A stretch of 64,000 nucleotides of DNA, from positions 372,001-436,000 of the forward strand of contig CM120641.1 in NCBI GenBank assembly GCA_051362555.1. The letters are read 5' to 3'. Below, in pieces: positions 1-13,200 of this stretch. A model generated the notes under the pieces. That model did not search any database. It saw only the letters and a program-made list of their open reading frames with translations, and had not been told where the DNA came from. How positions within the stretch are numbered: position 1 is the stretch's first letter; each line of letters opens with the position of its first letter. Origin of the DNA: Lingula anatina (taxonomy: Eukaryota > Animalia > Brachiopoda). Position numbers and translations under genes: made by a program.

Positions 1-877
1 GTAGACAGAAAACACCACAAAATATTGGTTTCGATCCAAGTCCATGTATTTAATATGTCTTATTTTATCCTACCGCCAAAAATATCCATCGAATTAAATA
101 CGGGCCACAAAGATTGTCTTCATGTACACAGTAGAGAAAATCAAAGAATAAAACTGCCCACACTATTGAGGTTACTTACGCTATGAATTTCTCTCCCGTG
201 ACGTAAGCGCCCCGATCAAAAAACACGCGGGGGTAACCCAAGGACGCAGATTTTGTGGCCCATTGTCGCAGCATGTTATACGCCATATTTATAACTGGAA
301 AGGAGAAACACACATGATGTGCATAGTAAATTATTTTATTGCTATCCAAGAGGTGATATATTCGAGTATTTTTATAAGATTAAGTCATGGCATTTACCTG
401 TTAAAATTATCAAAAACGGTTAAACTCTTACTTTAAAAATGATGAACAATAAGAGATGAAAACGTTATTTCAAAGTTCACTGTGATAATTGTCACAAAGC
501 CTTTGGTATAGGGCGTCAAAAAAGACCAATTTTTAAACAGTTTTTATAGATGAAATTTTATGTAAAAGATTCATTTTAAATATGAAATAAATCAAATTAA
601 ATCAAAAATAGAAGATGGGCTATTCTGTTGGAATAGTCTATCAATTAAGCAAGAGCTTTTCTGATTTGTCCACAGAAGTGATTTATGTAATTAACGCGTG
701 GGTAAGATCTTTCACTTAATTAGAACCTTGAAACTTCAACGTAAATAAATTGCGGTAGGCAGGGGAAGGCGACCATCTATCTCCAATTTTTCAAGCCAAG
801 TTGGAGTTAAGATACCCCAACAAGGATTACTTTGACCGAAATACAGATTGCTGTGGCCGTTAACATATAGTATGATC

Positions 878-1150
878 AGTGATTTGGGGGGGGGGGGGTG
901 TAAGGGGGTTCCTGATCCCCTCCCTTCGATTTCTGATTAAAAAACGCGCCAAAAAACATCTAGCTGAATAATAGTTCTAAACCGTTCCAAATGGCGCCAT
1001 TGTCCCTCCAAAACACCAATTTGTTGGGACCTTTGGGCGTGAACATGACGCCAAGGGGGTGAAGCTTGGCCTTGCAATCCGAAGTCTGTCAATCCCTAAA
1101 AACGGACTCCCCTTCCCTTCCCCCTTCAAAAAATCTGGATCCACCCCTGA
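878..1150. mobile_element. G-run/C-run MITE ending ggatccacccctg; similar element at about 38650-38899
   Basis: CAG...CTG termini with the gatccacccctg end, and an internal aaatggc(g/a)c motif shared in inverse orientation. Confidence 0.45.
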
Positions 1151-1171
1151 TGATTAAGAAAAGATACTCAC

Positions 1172-1380
1172 GACGTGGCACCCTTTTATCTCTTCTTCAG
1201 AAAGTGCTGCAGGTTAACCGCACAGGCCGTCAGCTTGAGAACTCATTTCTCATTTTTTACGGCCGGATTGCACGGGGCACGGGGTCTCGCGGGGTTTCGG
1301 ATAGGAATGCACTTCACGAATTACCCCCCACATTGGACTGTCTCGTCTTACGTAAAACAATAAGTAAAATCGCTATTTTT
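1172..1380 (-). other. Putative non-coding first exon/promoter of a gene running off the left edge
   Basis: CpG-rich segment ending in a consensus donor GTGAGT (actcac at 1166-1171), with stops in all minus frames. A second CpG-rich patch with donor GTAAGT lies near 175-290. Confidence 0.35.
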
Positions 1381-2666
1381 TCGAAAGTATTATTTGCAGT
1401 TTGTATGGTTTAAACAGAAGAATTGATAAGGGAAAAATAAAGGAGAAAGGTCCAATTCCCCTCAGCAGAGAGTCCGCATTGCCCAGATATCTGTATATAG
1501 CTAACTACCATTACTTTTGATAAATGTTTTGGTGCTGGTCTGTAGTAAGGATTTATTTCATTCTACAAGAGAATTTACTAGTAACCGCTTCAAAATATCC
1601 TTAATATATTCAATTGTTTGTGCCGATTCCCAACTGCATTGCATGCTATTTCAGTAGGGGGGGGGGGGGGGGGGGGATTCGAAAAAACCATTTTTGCCGG
1701 GAAAAGGTCCTCTCTAAGTAAAATTCTATCTAGGAATATATATTTTTCAAAGTAAAATGTCCGTTGTAAAGTAGTGGTTTTGCCAACTCATCTCTTCTCC
1801 CATCATTACTTACTATGTTTGAATTTCGAGTGCTTCAATAAAGAGAATATCAGGATATATGATTTTGCAGTTTCGGAACTGTTTCAATATTGACATGTGG
1901 CAAATTTGGATAGCATATCCCACTGTAAGTCTTATAACAGGTTAGCAGATGCATATGAGTTTATTTTACTTTCAATAACATCTTAAATATCCAAAAGATA
2001 ACCCAAGAATACATTTGTTCATGCAATATAAGAAAAGCAGTAAGTCAGATTATGTTTTCAATTGAATTATTCAGATTTTTACTTGAAAATTTGAGCAGAA
2101 AGTTGTCCCATTACATTAAAAACCTATAATAATGCACCAAACCTGCCATTTCATGTATATACTAGTTAACGTAAGTTTCATGTGATTGGTTGCAGTGTCA
2201 AGACACTGACTACTCAGAACACAGCTATAACAAAGTACAGCTACACACACTCTAGTATTTAAAAAAAAGTATTCATATGTTAATTAAAAAGTTTTTGTTT
2301 ATGACAGATCTACGTATTTGATTTAGCTGTTGAGGGTTTGGTCTGTTCACTTTGACATACTTGGTCAGAACTAAATTACCTGTTCAGGTGAAAGTAAACA
2401 GGTAATTACCTCAGTCTTGTGACCTAGTCTGTCAGGAAACTGAGACCCAATGAAATATGTGTATATATTATAAATATAGCACTGTCTTTAAAGTCAAAGC
2501 TGTTACTTGCCTATAAAATGAGATTATCCACACTGATATTTAACTATGAAAAAAGCTTTTAGATATAAAGCTATCCTTGACCCTTGCTTGTTGGGAAAGA
2601 CATAATAGAAAAAGGTACAGTACTGAGCATATTGCTATGTCAAGTAAACTGTGTATGTGGGGCTAA

Positions 2667-2910
2667 GACTGGGTTCCCATACACAGATTGATCCATCTGG
2701 ATCGATCTAACTCCCTGGGGAGTCTCACTAAATTGTTTTCAACTAACTGGCTTAAATGTCCATCATCCTTACCAAATCGGCTAGGGGGTAAAGTGAATTA
2801 CCCCCTAACAGCTTTACTACGCATGACAGACATTCAAGCTGGCCAAGTTGACAGCAATTTAGTGAGACTCCCCAGGGAGATAGATCGATCTAAATATCTG
2901 TGGTAATGGC
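2667..2910. mobile_element. Foldback MITE, family A (PIF/Harbinger-like)
   Basis: Imperfect palindrome (ctccctggggagtctcactaaattg / caatttagtgagactccccagggag). Homologous to 6363-6618, 51884-52098 and 57440-57688. Confidence 0.8.
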
Positions 2911-2911
2911 T

Positions 2912-3190
2912 CATCGAGTTGAGCCATGGATCTACAAAGTCACGAACAAAATATGGCAGACGTACATGAAAGAAAAACCACCTAATCTTTTAATAGTCTT
3001 TCCGCCTCTCACACGCCTCCCTACGCGCCGTCCCTGTGGGGGTACAGTCATTAAATCTCTGCTCCATTGGGATGACAAATGGTAGGCGTGTGAGAGGCGG
3101 GGAGACTATTAAAAGATTAAGCGGTTTTCCTTTCATGTATGTCCGCCATATTTAGTTCGTGACTTTGTAGATCCATGGCTCAACTTGATG
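2912..3190. mobile_element. Foldback MITE with about 105-bp inverted arms
   Basis: catcgagttgagccatggatctacaaagtcacgaac... pairs with ...gttcgtgactttgtagatccatggctcaacttgatg. Confidence 0.8.
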
Positions 3191-3205
3191 TGAATGCGGT
3201 CTAAG

Positions 3206-3357
3206 ACCAGTGAACTTAAAGATCAAATATGGCTGACCCACTGAAAAGCTTGCTGCTAATTCCCAGCTAGACTTCGAATAGTTTCCCCATGGGAAAAACG
3301 CAACAAGCACATAAGTTGATCAGCCATATTTGATCTGCGGATCTGTAAGTCCACTGT
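3206..3357. mobile_element. Degenerate foldback element
   Basis: gatcaaatatggctga / tcagccatatttgatc inverted pair, plus cagtgaactta / taagtccactg ends. Confidence 0.6.
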
Positions 3358-3527
3358 TTTGAGTGTGTGTTTTCTGGTTTTTCTCTCCAGCAGGGTCTAT
3401 ATTTGATATTTTGTTTTCAAAGGGGGTGGGTGGGAGTGGGAGAATGTGGGTGTTTCTCCCTGAATCCACCAATGATAAGATTCATCATATGACCAAAAGG
3501 CAATAAAACAAAGAGCACATTCATAAC

Positions 3528-3786
3528 AGGCTAATCTGCGGACTAACAGATCTGTTGATCAAATATGGCAGACTCACTTGAAAGCAGGGCCATGAAATAC
3601 ATAAGTCTCCTGCTCCAGATTTGCCATACTCCTCAATTAAACCAATTAAATCTTGGCTCCCAGGTTTAATTGCTAGTGCAGGGATGGCACGTGTGAAGAC
3701 AGGGAGACCATCAGGGTATTGGGCAGTTTGCTTTTCAGTGAGGTCCGACACCATATTTAGTCTGCAGATCTGTTAGTCAGCAAATC
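3528..3786. mobile_element. Degenerate foldback element
   Basis: gactaacagatctg...aaatatgg / ccatattt...cagatctgttagtc inverted arms. Confidence 0.65.
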
Positions 3787-4016
3787 ATCTGTCCTGAATG
3801 AGCTCAAAGTCTGTCAATATACAGACAGGTTAAACACACCCTTGCACCATTTCTCAAAGAGACCTGCCACCGCAAATATCTACATTGTAAGATAATAACC
3901 CCTCCAAAGACCTTAAATTATTACGAAAGCTTAAAAATAATAATAATAATACAAGTACATGTAAATAACATATCACTTAATAAATATGCAATCAAGAAAA
4001 ATTTCACTAATTTTCC

Positions 4017-4889
4017 TTATCTAACAGACCCTGCTCCATATCTTAATTCTTTCTCAAACTGTTCAGCAGTGAAAGTCCCATCCAGTCTTTCACAGTGTGG
4101 ATTAAATACAGAATACGCACTGGGCGCTCCATCTTTTTTCACTCGACTTCCTGTGTTAGCATAAACCACATAAAACATAGAGAGCACAAAATAAACAGCA
4201 CCAAACTGGAGCTCAATGAAGAGTCCCCAGAGAATAAACCATAGACAGATTTTCAAGTAGTTTGGTTTCAAGATTTCTGGAATGTAATTGCGTATCCAGG
4301 GAGGTTCTTCCAGATCAGCTGGACGAAAGGTGTGATTTCCATCATTATCTGTTCCTTCTTGGTCCTCATGTGCTTCACTGTGATATTTATCATGGTTATT
4401 TACTGGTCTGTTTTGCTCTGGTTTAATCTGAAGATTTGAAAGAAGACATCAAAGAACAATGGATTGTAGCTTTTCAGTAGAACAGAGAAATGTAGAAAAC
4501 GACTGTACAGTAAATCAGTTATTTCAATCACAGTCTCCACCTCACTCCACAGCACTACATATTCTAAACTATTGCAAAAGGAATAAAGCTGCAAGTAGGT
4601 CAAAGCAATTTTGATTCATTGGATGGAATATAACTTGGGCCAAGTTTTTACCTCAGTTTTTGGCCTTACAACCTGCTATGTAAGGAAAATAAGACCGAAA
4701 ACTGATCGACACAAGCATGATTAATATGAAACCCACTGACTGCCACCATCACCAGCTTGAGAAAGGTGAACTTACGGTCGTCTTTATAGAGTTTCCACTC
4801 CCAAATAATCTATGAATCAGGGGAGTTTTGTTTTCTTTTGATTTTTTAGCTCGATACTCAGCTAACTTTTCCTGCACGGATTTGTCCAT
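4017..4889 (-). CDS. SAYSD1: SAYSvFN domain-containing protein 1, 2 coding exons, about 174 aa
   Basis: Exon 1 4889-4776 (ATG; MDKSVQEKLAEYRAKKSKENK..., donor GTAAGT, phase 0). Exon 2 4427-4017 (acceptor ttcttcag-type; IKPEQNRPVNN...LKICLWFILWGLFIELQFGAVYFVLSMFYVVYANT...GAPSAYSVFNPHCERLDGTFTAEQFEKELRYG*). The hallmark SAYSVFN motif follows a hydrophobic segment and the join is in frame. Confidence 0.95.
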
Positions 4890-5250
4890 TGCAGTGAGAG
4901 GACGCAAGATGTGATCATAACCATAACATCCGCTGCAGTGGCAGGTTGAGCAATGTCTACATCACAACGACGTACATGGCTCAGGAGGTCCAGTCTTCAA
5001 CCAGACGAAGCCATCATCAATTCGCACAGAAAAATATATCCACATTTTCATTGTAATTAAAACTGCAATTATTTTTAGAGAGTGCCGAAATATAGCACCG
5101 GGGAGCGACGTATTTAGGAGAGGGAGGGTTTTGACGACGGAAATTATGTATTCTCGGCACAAGAGGTGAGCATACTGTAATAAGGAGTTGGGACATGAAG
5201 GGTTTCGACTCACGACAACGCCAGGAAGCATTCCTTCGCCCCCAGTTCCT
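4890..5250 (-). promoter_or_regulatory. SAYSD1 5'UTR/promoter
   Basis: CpG-enriched stretch immediately upstream of the SAYSD1 ATG, against a CpG-depleted background. Confidence 0.5.
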
Positions 5251-6362
5251 ATGCTATTATATTTTATTATTTATATTTTCTGTGTCAAAAATTATATAAA
5301 TAAGGGTTTTTATATGTTTACTGGTATATAGTCATTTGTTGTGAATGTAACAAAAAAAAAAAATATGCAAGACAACAAAAATAACATTTTTTTTTACAAA
5401 ATTAAAGTATATATTTGTTTCATTTTGTTATTTGTAAATGTAAAAAAAAAGTCTGCGTATACCCCTCAGTCCACTGCATGTGATTAGAGGGAGTACTGGG
5501 TAATACCACTTTGTGTTTAAGAACTAGAAGGCATTTTACATCACATGCTCATAGGCAGAAAGGCTCAACTTGAAGGAGTAGACAACAGTAGAAATTTACA
5601 CTGTGCCAAGGCTCAACAAGCAATTTTTTTACTATTGACAGATCTTGGCCCCAAACTCTCAATATCAGCATCCTTTCCTACTAAAAATGATTATGAACAA
5701 AACTTAACTTTTGATCCATTGTGTAAAATTGTGGAAGCTTGGAACCTCAAGATTGACAGTTTTTGTAGCCTTCTTTATAAAATCCAAAAATAAACTTATT
5801 TGATTAGACCATAATTTAAGATTTTTCACCGTAGTTGCAGATTTTTAACAGATATCATAGTATACCTAAATATATAAATTATATATCATGAAAAGAAAAT
5901 AAAACATTTTACTTGCATCACTATGTTTATTTATTAAAACTATAAAAGTCTCACAGGACATTTAACTTGTTCTTTGTAAGTGATATTCTGACGTCTTCGC
6001 AGGTATGATGTATATAGCACTGAACTGAATAATTTATTAAGTATTGGTTTTAAGTTACATTTAATACAAGATTAGAACAAAATGAAGAATTTAGTCTTAC
6101 AGTGTTCTGATAAATGACCACATCTTTTAAAGTTAGTATGACAAAACCAGTACAAAGATTAGAGTAAGCTGGTCTAGTGTTGTTAAAATGGTTGATCTCT
6201 ACAAGATGGAGGCTGAGCTGTCCTAGCTAGGCTCCTTCAGTCTGAGAGTGCATTTTGTCCATATATATTTGTTTTTGTTAAAATGTTTATTGTTATGTAT
6301 GTCAAAAGCAATTTTTATCAGAAAACAAGCAAGTTTTTCACCATATCTGCTGTTTAACTGTA

Positions 6363-6618
6363 GGGACCATTCCCAACCCTATCGTACTAACTGTGGATTG
6401 ATCTATCTCCAAGGGGATTCTCGCTAAATTGCAATCAACTTAAGGGGCTCAGGTGTCTGTCTCGCCTATTGAAGCTGCTAGGGGGTAATTAATTTTCATT
6501 TAGCAGCTTCAGTAGGCATGCCAGACATCTAAGCCACTTGAGCTGAAAGCTATATAGCGAGAAACCCCTTGAAGATGGATCGATCCTGTTAGATCGATCT
6601 AGGTATGGGAACCCAGTC
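6363..6618. mobile_element. Foldback MITE, family A
   Basis: Palindromic. Its end gggaacccagtc is the reverse complement of the 2667 terminus, and it shares the gctagggggtaatt core. Confidence 0.8.
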
Positions 6619-7245
6619 TTAAAGTTAATAAACCTTTAGATCATCCCTGGACTAATAAGCCTTTTGATAAGTCTAGGAATTTGTTTGGTAAAATCTTTTC
6701 CTTTTTTCATATTTTGAGACCAGTACATCTGGAGATGTATGAATTTTCCAGACTATAAACCTCAAATTTATCAACTGTCATATTGCACCTATTCAAACTC
6801 TGAATATTATCAACAATAAACATCTGTGTTTACTGCCATGGTGAAATCAAACTGCTTTGCAAAACTATTTTCTATTTTTCTGAAAATACTGATCATTACT
6901 GAGTTAAGTTTAAATTGCCTTATTTTAAGGTGTTAGTTTGTTGTCATTGGCCAAAATTTGCCCAGAAATTTGTAATGGTTTTGACATGATGTGCATTCAC
7001 AAGGGCAAAAGTTTAACCAGGATTTCTCAGCTGTAGATTAAAGACTTATACACTGTTGTCAAGTATATGGAATACCGATGAGTGCAGCTGTATTACACAT
7101 AGATGAGAAGATGACAGATTGCTGAGTTACTACTACATTGTGAACTGGATATTAAATCAGTTGGTGAGGGTTCAAACACTAATATACAGTCATTATCAGA
7201 AGACCATCCCTGCATTCTTGCTTGTCTGAATATCTGTTGTTGGTG

Positions 7246-10200
7246 CTAGCAGTCTGCTGCCCCTACTTTGAGAGCCTCGATGACACTGCGGACAGTGGGG
7301 AAAGTAGCTGTGACCTGGGGAAGCTGAGAAACCGGGACTGTAGTCCTAGAAATATAAACAATGTATCAGTAAAGAATAGAATTTCTGATGTTTCTTATGC
7401 ACAAGCTTGTTCTGGCAAAAATGGATCTATACACATAAAATCTAATAAATATGTATCAATGTGACATTAAAACATACATGAAATAAAATTCATGTAAAGT
7501 ACCCTGATCCAACTGAAGAAATAATTACACTACATTTTACACAAATAAAGCTGTTGGTAGCTTAGAGGTGTGGTAGAATTAATTGACTTTAATGTTGACT
7601 AATTAAACTTACTTCTTGACATTCATCCACTGTTTGGCCACCAAAATAAAAGCATCTGGACCTCCGGACAACATAGCCTCTAGATCCAGTAACTGAAAAG
7701 TTTAATTCAAATATTTCTTTATTTTCAAAAAAAAAAAAAAAAAACATTTTATATTTACAAAAATTCAACCAAAACGAGAGTAAAAACAGAGCAAGAGTAA
7801 AACATGCACAGATAATAAAAATGCCAACATTGTTTTATGCTTTCAAGCATGATGACACTCATAAAAATGACCTGGCAATAAGTTTTGTAGTGAAGAGATT
7901 CTTATAGATTGAGATCCTACCTATTTCATTTTGATGAAATATAATTTACAACAAGGGTTACTGAAGTGGAAATCCCCCTCCTTACCTTTCCCTGTGGTAT
8001 TTTTCCTGTTACTTCTTTCCCCATAGACATGAACAGTCCCAAGATGACAGAGTAAGCAACAACACTAGAATACAGCAACCAAAACTATGTTCACATATTT
8101 GCTTTAACCACAGACTAAATTAAAAGTAAAGCCCCAATTCTTGACCATCAACAAGAGGCTATTCAGGCATCAGTACATCTCATAACTTTTAACTCCTTTA
8201 GCAACAAACAATTTTATGGTTTTTATGCCATGGTGACCCTTGATAAAAATAAACATTTGCCATGAACAGACAAATGAGGATAAAACCTCTCTGTGAGGAA
8301 AACTGAGTTTTTGTAGTTAAACATTTTAAGGTTAATGTCACATTCTGATATTAAATATTTGATATGTTTGATAATACTTGTTTATCCTGAAAAGGGAACT
8401 GAATTAACAAGCAGTTGAATGAGGTGCATCATCTATGGAAATATAAACGTGTTACACAGAAGTAAAATAAGAAGACTATCAATACCTTGTTCCCCTTGAC
8501 AGGGGCATGAGATTGTAGAAGTAATATCCTAAGGACAGGATGAGATTCAGTACATTATCAAATTCCTGAAAAAAACAACAACAACAAAGATTTAGAATGA
8601 AAAAAAAAAAAAAAAAGGTTAAGTGACAAAACCATTGATGTCTTTGGGGAATTTACAGGAAAATGTTTGTCCCATTCCCGTCTCACTCAAAACAGCAGTC
8701 CAATAAGCTTGAAATACGGCTTGACTTTTTCAAATTTGGTTATTTAATATGTTCAGCAAAATGTAGCAGAATATAGCATCTTTCATGTTTAAGATAAAAA
8801 TGAATTTGTTACCAACTGATTTAAAGTTAAAGGAAGCAATCTCAAAAGCAATTTATTGTACTTCATCCATAAAACAGTAAATAACTGAGATGACTATATT
8901 TCGTTACATCCTAAAATTTAATACAATTCTATCAAGACTGCTCAGATCAATGTTTCAATAAAGAACTGAAGGAAAAGATTAAAACATTACAGCTATTTTA
9001 CTGGCTCCTGTTCTTCTGACTTCCTTGTCTAATTTAGTGAATAGATAATTTAGCTCAGAGTGGAAGGACGCTGTCCGTGCCTTGGTGGTGGGCGTGTTTA
9101 GGGAGAAAGTCACCTGACCATTGCTGGAAATAAAATCTATTATTAAAATCTAACCTACCTTCTTTAAAGTACAAATATAATTAAGGGCATCCGGGCAAAT
9201 TTTTAAGATTATGAACACTATTGAACTACATAAGAAACAACAGATTTTAATGCAGCATTTTACATTCATACCAATTAATATAATGTATCTTAATTTCCAC
9301 AGTGGCTCTGTTCACTTTTAAGTTCTTCCTCAGATTAGGTGAATTAGGTGATATCCCTCAACCTTTACTTTATTTTGACATGAAACAAGAGAATTACAAC
9401 AAACATCAGCATATACAATGAGTTTATTTGTTTTTTCTTCCTATCATGAATAAATAACTGAAACTGAAGCAACTTCTGTGTTTCTATTATATCTTACCCA
9501 TCCTGGGTCAGGGTTAATATTAATCCCTCATGGCGGTTGTTGTTTTTATCTTGTGAGCTTGGCACTTGTGTGGTCACCATGAAGCCTTGCTGATTCAGAT
9601 TACGTTTCTGAAATAGTATTTAAAAAAATATTGCTCTTCACTATTTATCACAGGTATTAAGTTTTAAGCAAAAACATTTTTAGTAAAAGGATACAATTTT
9701 AAAATTACAAATTCTGTAAAGAAGCATTTCTTTAAAAAAAAAAATTCAATCTCTTTAAAAATATCTCAATTTACAAATCTCCTTAAGATAGTATATAAAC
9801 CAGTTACTAATATATCAACAAAATATATATTTCAAATGGATTCCCCTCTTACTCGTGCTATTTGTAAAATATCATGGACACTTTTGGCTTTGTCTAAATC
9901 TTCCTGAAACCCAGCATAATTTATTACCCCTTCTCTGGAATATAGAATAAAAATGTAAGCACATGACAATATCTAAATATATCTAGAAAATAACCTGTAA
10001 ATAATGATATACCAAAACTGCTGCTCCTTTTTGTCTAAAAAATTGATAATTCCTCACATTTATCACATTCATATCATTATGCTTCTCTAAAATGCTGATT
10101 AACAGAAACATGAACAAGGGGACTAATTCTACATACAAATTTTGTTTTATTTTTGACATTCATTGTCAGTAATATTTATTAAACTTCATTTGCATGTAAG

Positions 10201-13200
10201 TTTTATCATGATATACAACTAAGTCTCCTTACCCTTGGTAATGCCCTAACATTGTCTTGACCAGTTTGAAGACCAGGTCAAAATATGGCGCCATCCGGAT
10301 GTTTACAACATCACCCCTTTAAAAGAGTGGCATTAACAGAGTTTAGGACAGTATATTAGTTCAAAATGGTCTTCATGTTAATACACTCCTTGCAATACAA
10401 TTTGTATACAATTAAAAACACCATTTCAACTGATAATCAAGTAAAAATCAAGTAATTGATTAAAAAACCAATTAAACATGGCTGTTGGGACCCTTGATAA
10501 TCACCCATTTGTGTACTTACTTCACAAAGTTGACATCACATTTATACCCCTCCTTGACAATATGTGTACTTACTTCACAAAGTTTACATCACATTTATAT
10601 CCCTCCTTGACAATATCTTCTGGTATTTTATCCAGCCATAAGACTACACTATCTGGGTCTGCCAGTCTTCTGTATTGCACACCTATGTCAAATATGTCCC
10701 TCCAGGTACATTTCTTCCCTGAAAACAAATAGTGTGGTAAAAATCAGACGAAGAAAACAGGAGATAAAGGCTGGAATTTTTCAAGGTTCTAATCAAATAA
10801 CTGCATTTGTTGAGTGTTGCAAGGAAATATAGATTAATTGTAAATGTTACATTAAAAAGTCAAAATCTGGTTATCCAAAAATGTTATTTATTAATGAAAA
10901 ATGCTTTAAAGGCAAATTTTGAGAAAAAAAAGCTAGATACAATATATACTGAATGAACTTATTATCACTTTATTGCTGAATAATTATTCCTACCTTTACA
11001 CTTCATATTTTTCCCTCGCCAGAAAGACTGGAAGTAAGAAATCAAACATACAAAGAAAAGCATTTCATCAGATCAGCACTCTGTTAGCAAATGGTTAAAT
11101 TTCATTTAACTCTGGCAGTAACTGTAATTTTGGTCATTTTATGCAACCTCACTTTTATGATTTTATGTAGATAGTACATTGTATAAACATAGTAGATTTG
11201 CATACAGATTCACAATGGTTAACATTCATATCAAACAATATATTGAAAGGGTACATGATAAGAAAGGTAATTCACTGATAATATACAAAAATATGTTCAA
11301 ACATCATAAAACCCCACCATTTAAAATACAGAAAGTACTAAAATAGTAGTTTCTTAACAATGATAACATGTATCTTTTTATAAAGATGATACATATAATA
11401 CACACATAGATATGACACTGGTAACACCCAGACTGTACACAGCTCAAGATTCAAAGCTTATCAGTAAGTTCTACATAAAGGGAAAGCAATGTCTGTAGTG
11501 ACAATTAGAGTCACCACCAGTAGTCTGACCCTCAGGGTACCTCTACTACACCATATTAACCACCAAACAACATAGACATACCTCTAAAAACTGTGCTATA
11601 TGTGTCGCTGCTAACCCCATAGCCAGATTGAGTCTTTTATTGGGCAGGAAACCGTCGGCCGTGACCTGTGTAAGCCAGCCTATTTTATTAGCTCTGCAGA
11701 TTAATGTTTGTGCACTGGGCGACAGTTTATCCCAGCTTAAATCTAAGCTGACATCTCTGAAAGAAGATTTTGATGCTTTTAAATTGAATGCTCTTGTTAT
11801 TAACACATAATATTAACATAATATTATATTAACACATAATATAATTCTGCTGTTAAACTTTAAACAGAGCAGATAGTGAAATTATCCATGTAGCCTTAAA
11901 CATTTTTAAACATACCTAATATGTGGTTGTAAACCAGGCTGTTTTAAACATACCTAATATGTGGTTGTAAACCAGGCTGTTTTAAACATACCTAATATGT
12001 GGTTGTAAACCAGGCTGTTCTTTGTAGGGGCCCTAAAAAAAATAAGGCATAAAAAATCTAGAACATATACAGTAATATGTGATTACAATAAGATAATAAT
12101 GCTTATAATGCATCAAATAATGTACATTTTAACTATTACAGTATTTGTCATTTGTAAATGATAACTGGAATTTTTGTTATTGGATCAACATCAACAAAAC
12201 TATAGTGGTCATGTGTAAATGGAAACTGGAATTTTTGTTATTGGATCAACATCAACAAAACTTTAAATACAAGCCAAACCTCAAAATGAAACGGAAGCCC
12301 TTTTGCCCAGCGATCTCTGAATTCTCCATTGAAATCCTCGTCCAAGTTGATATCTAAGACCGACAGGTCTAAATGTGAGTGGAGATATCTGGCATATTCT
12401 GGAAAACAATTCAGCAGTGCTCCATTTATAAACATTTTAAGGAGCCATTCACAACTTGGTATTAACAAAATATAATCACTAGGTACCCTATAATCTCAGG
12501 AGACTGTAATCTTATCCACATTTATATGATTACATATCATAAATTATGGTGGTTAGCGGAAAAATGTGGATAAGAATAACGGCAAATCACATTCAGGAAA
12601 TGGTTATCAAATTGTCTGTTGATATAGGAGCATACAAAGTAAATGAAATCTTAACTCTCCTGAAAAAAAAAACTATTACAATATAAAATGAACAAGCTTT
12701 GGCACACATATTTTGCCTCCCCAGTGCCTTTTTAAGCCTTAAAATTTTCTTAATCTTCAAGCTCTTTTTCTTGCCATTTTTGCAGTAGTTTTAATAGTGA
12801 TGACTTAAAAAAATAAAGGACACTGTATCCCAGTTTCATAGTGATGACTTGAAGAAACATAAAATATACTGTATCCCACTGTACCTATTTTCCTCACTTA
12901 CCTCTTAGATAATGTGATTTGATAAATTCTGGACTCATTCTCATGCTGCTGGTAGCTGGCGTATACACCATGACCTGGACACAGGAAAATAACTAAATCA
13001 AAACTGATGACCATGAATGTGGTTAAAGAGGGCATATTTCTGCCATTGTTAGGTTTCTTAATTCATCTAAAAAGTTCTATACCTCTCCTGGCTGTGGGCT
13101 GTACAAATCAAGGAACTTTTTTCAACAATACTGGATATTGTGATTGACATTAGGCCTGCTTGACAATGGTGTATCATGACAAGTACAATTAATATAAATA

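Noticed and set aside
1066-1413. 115-aa + strand ORF
   Set aside because: Non-ATG start inside a MITE, running across a CpG-rich promoter-like region; no homology recognised.
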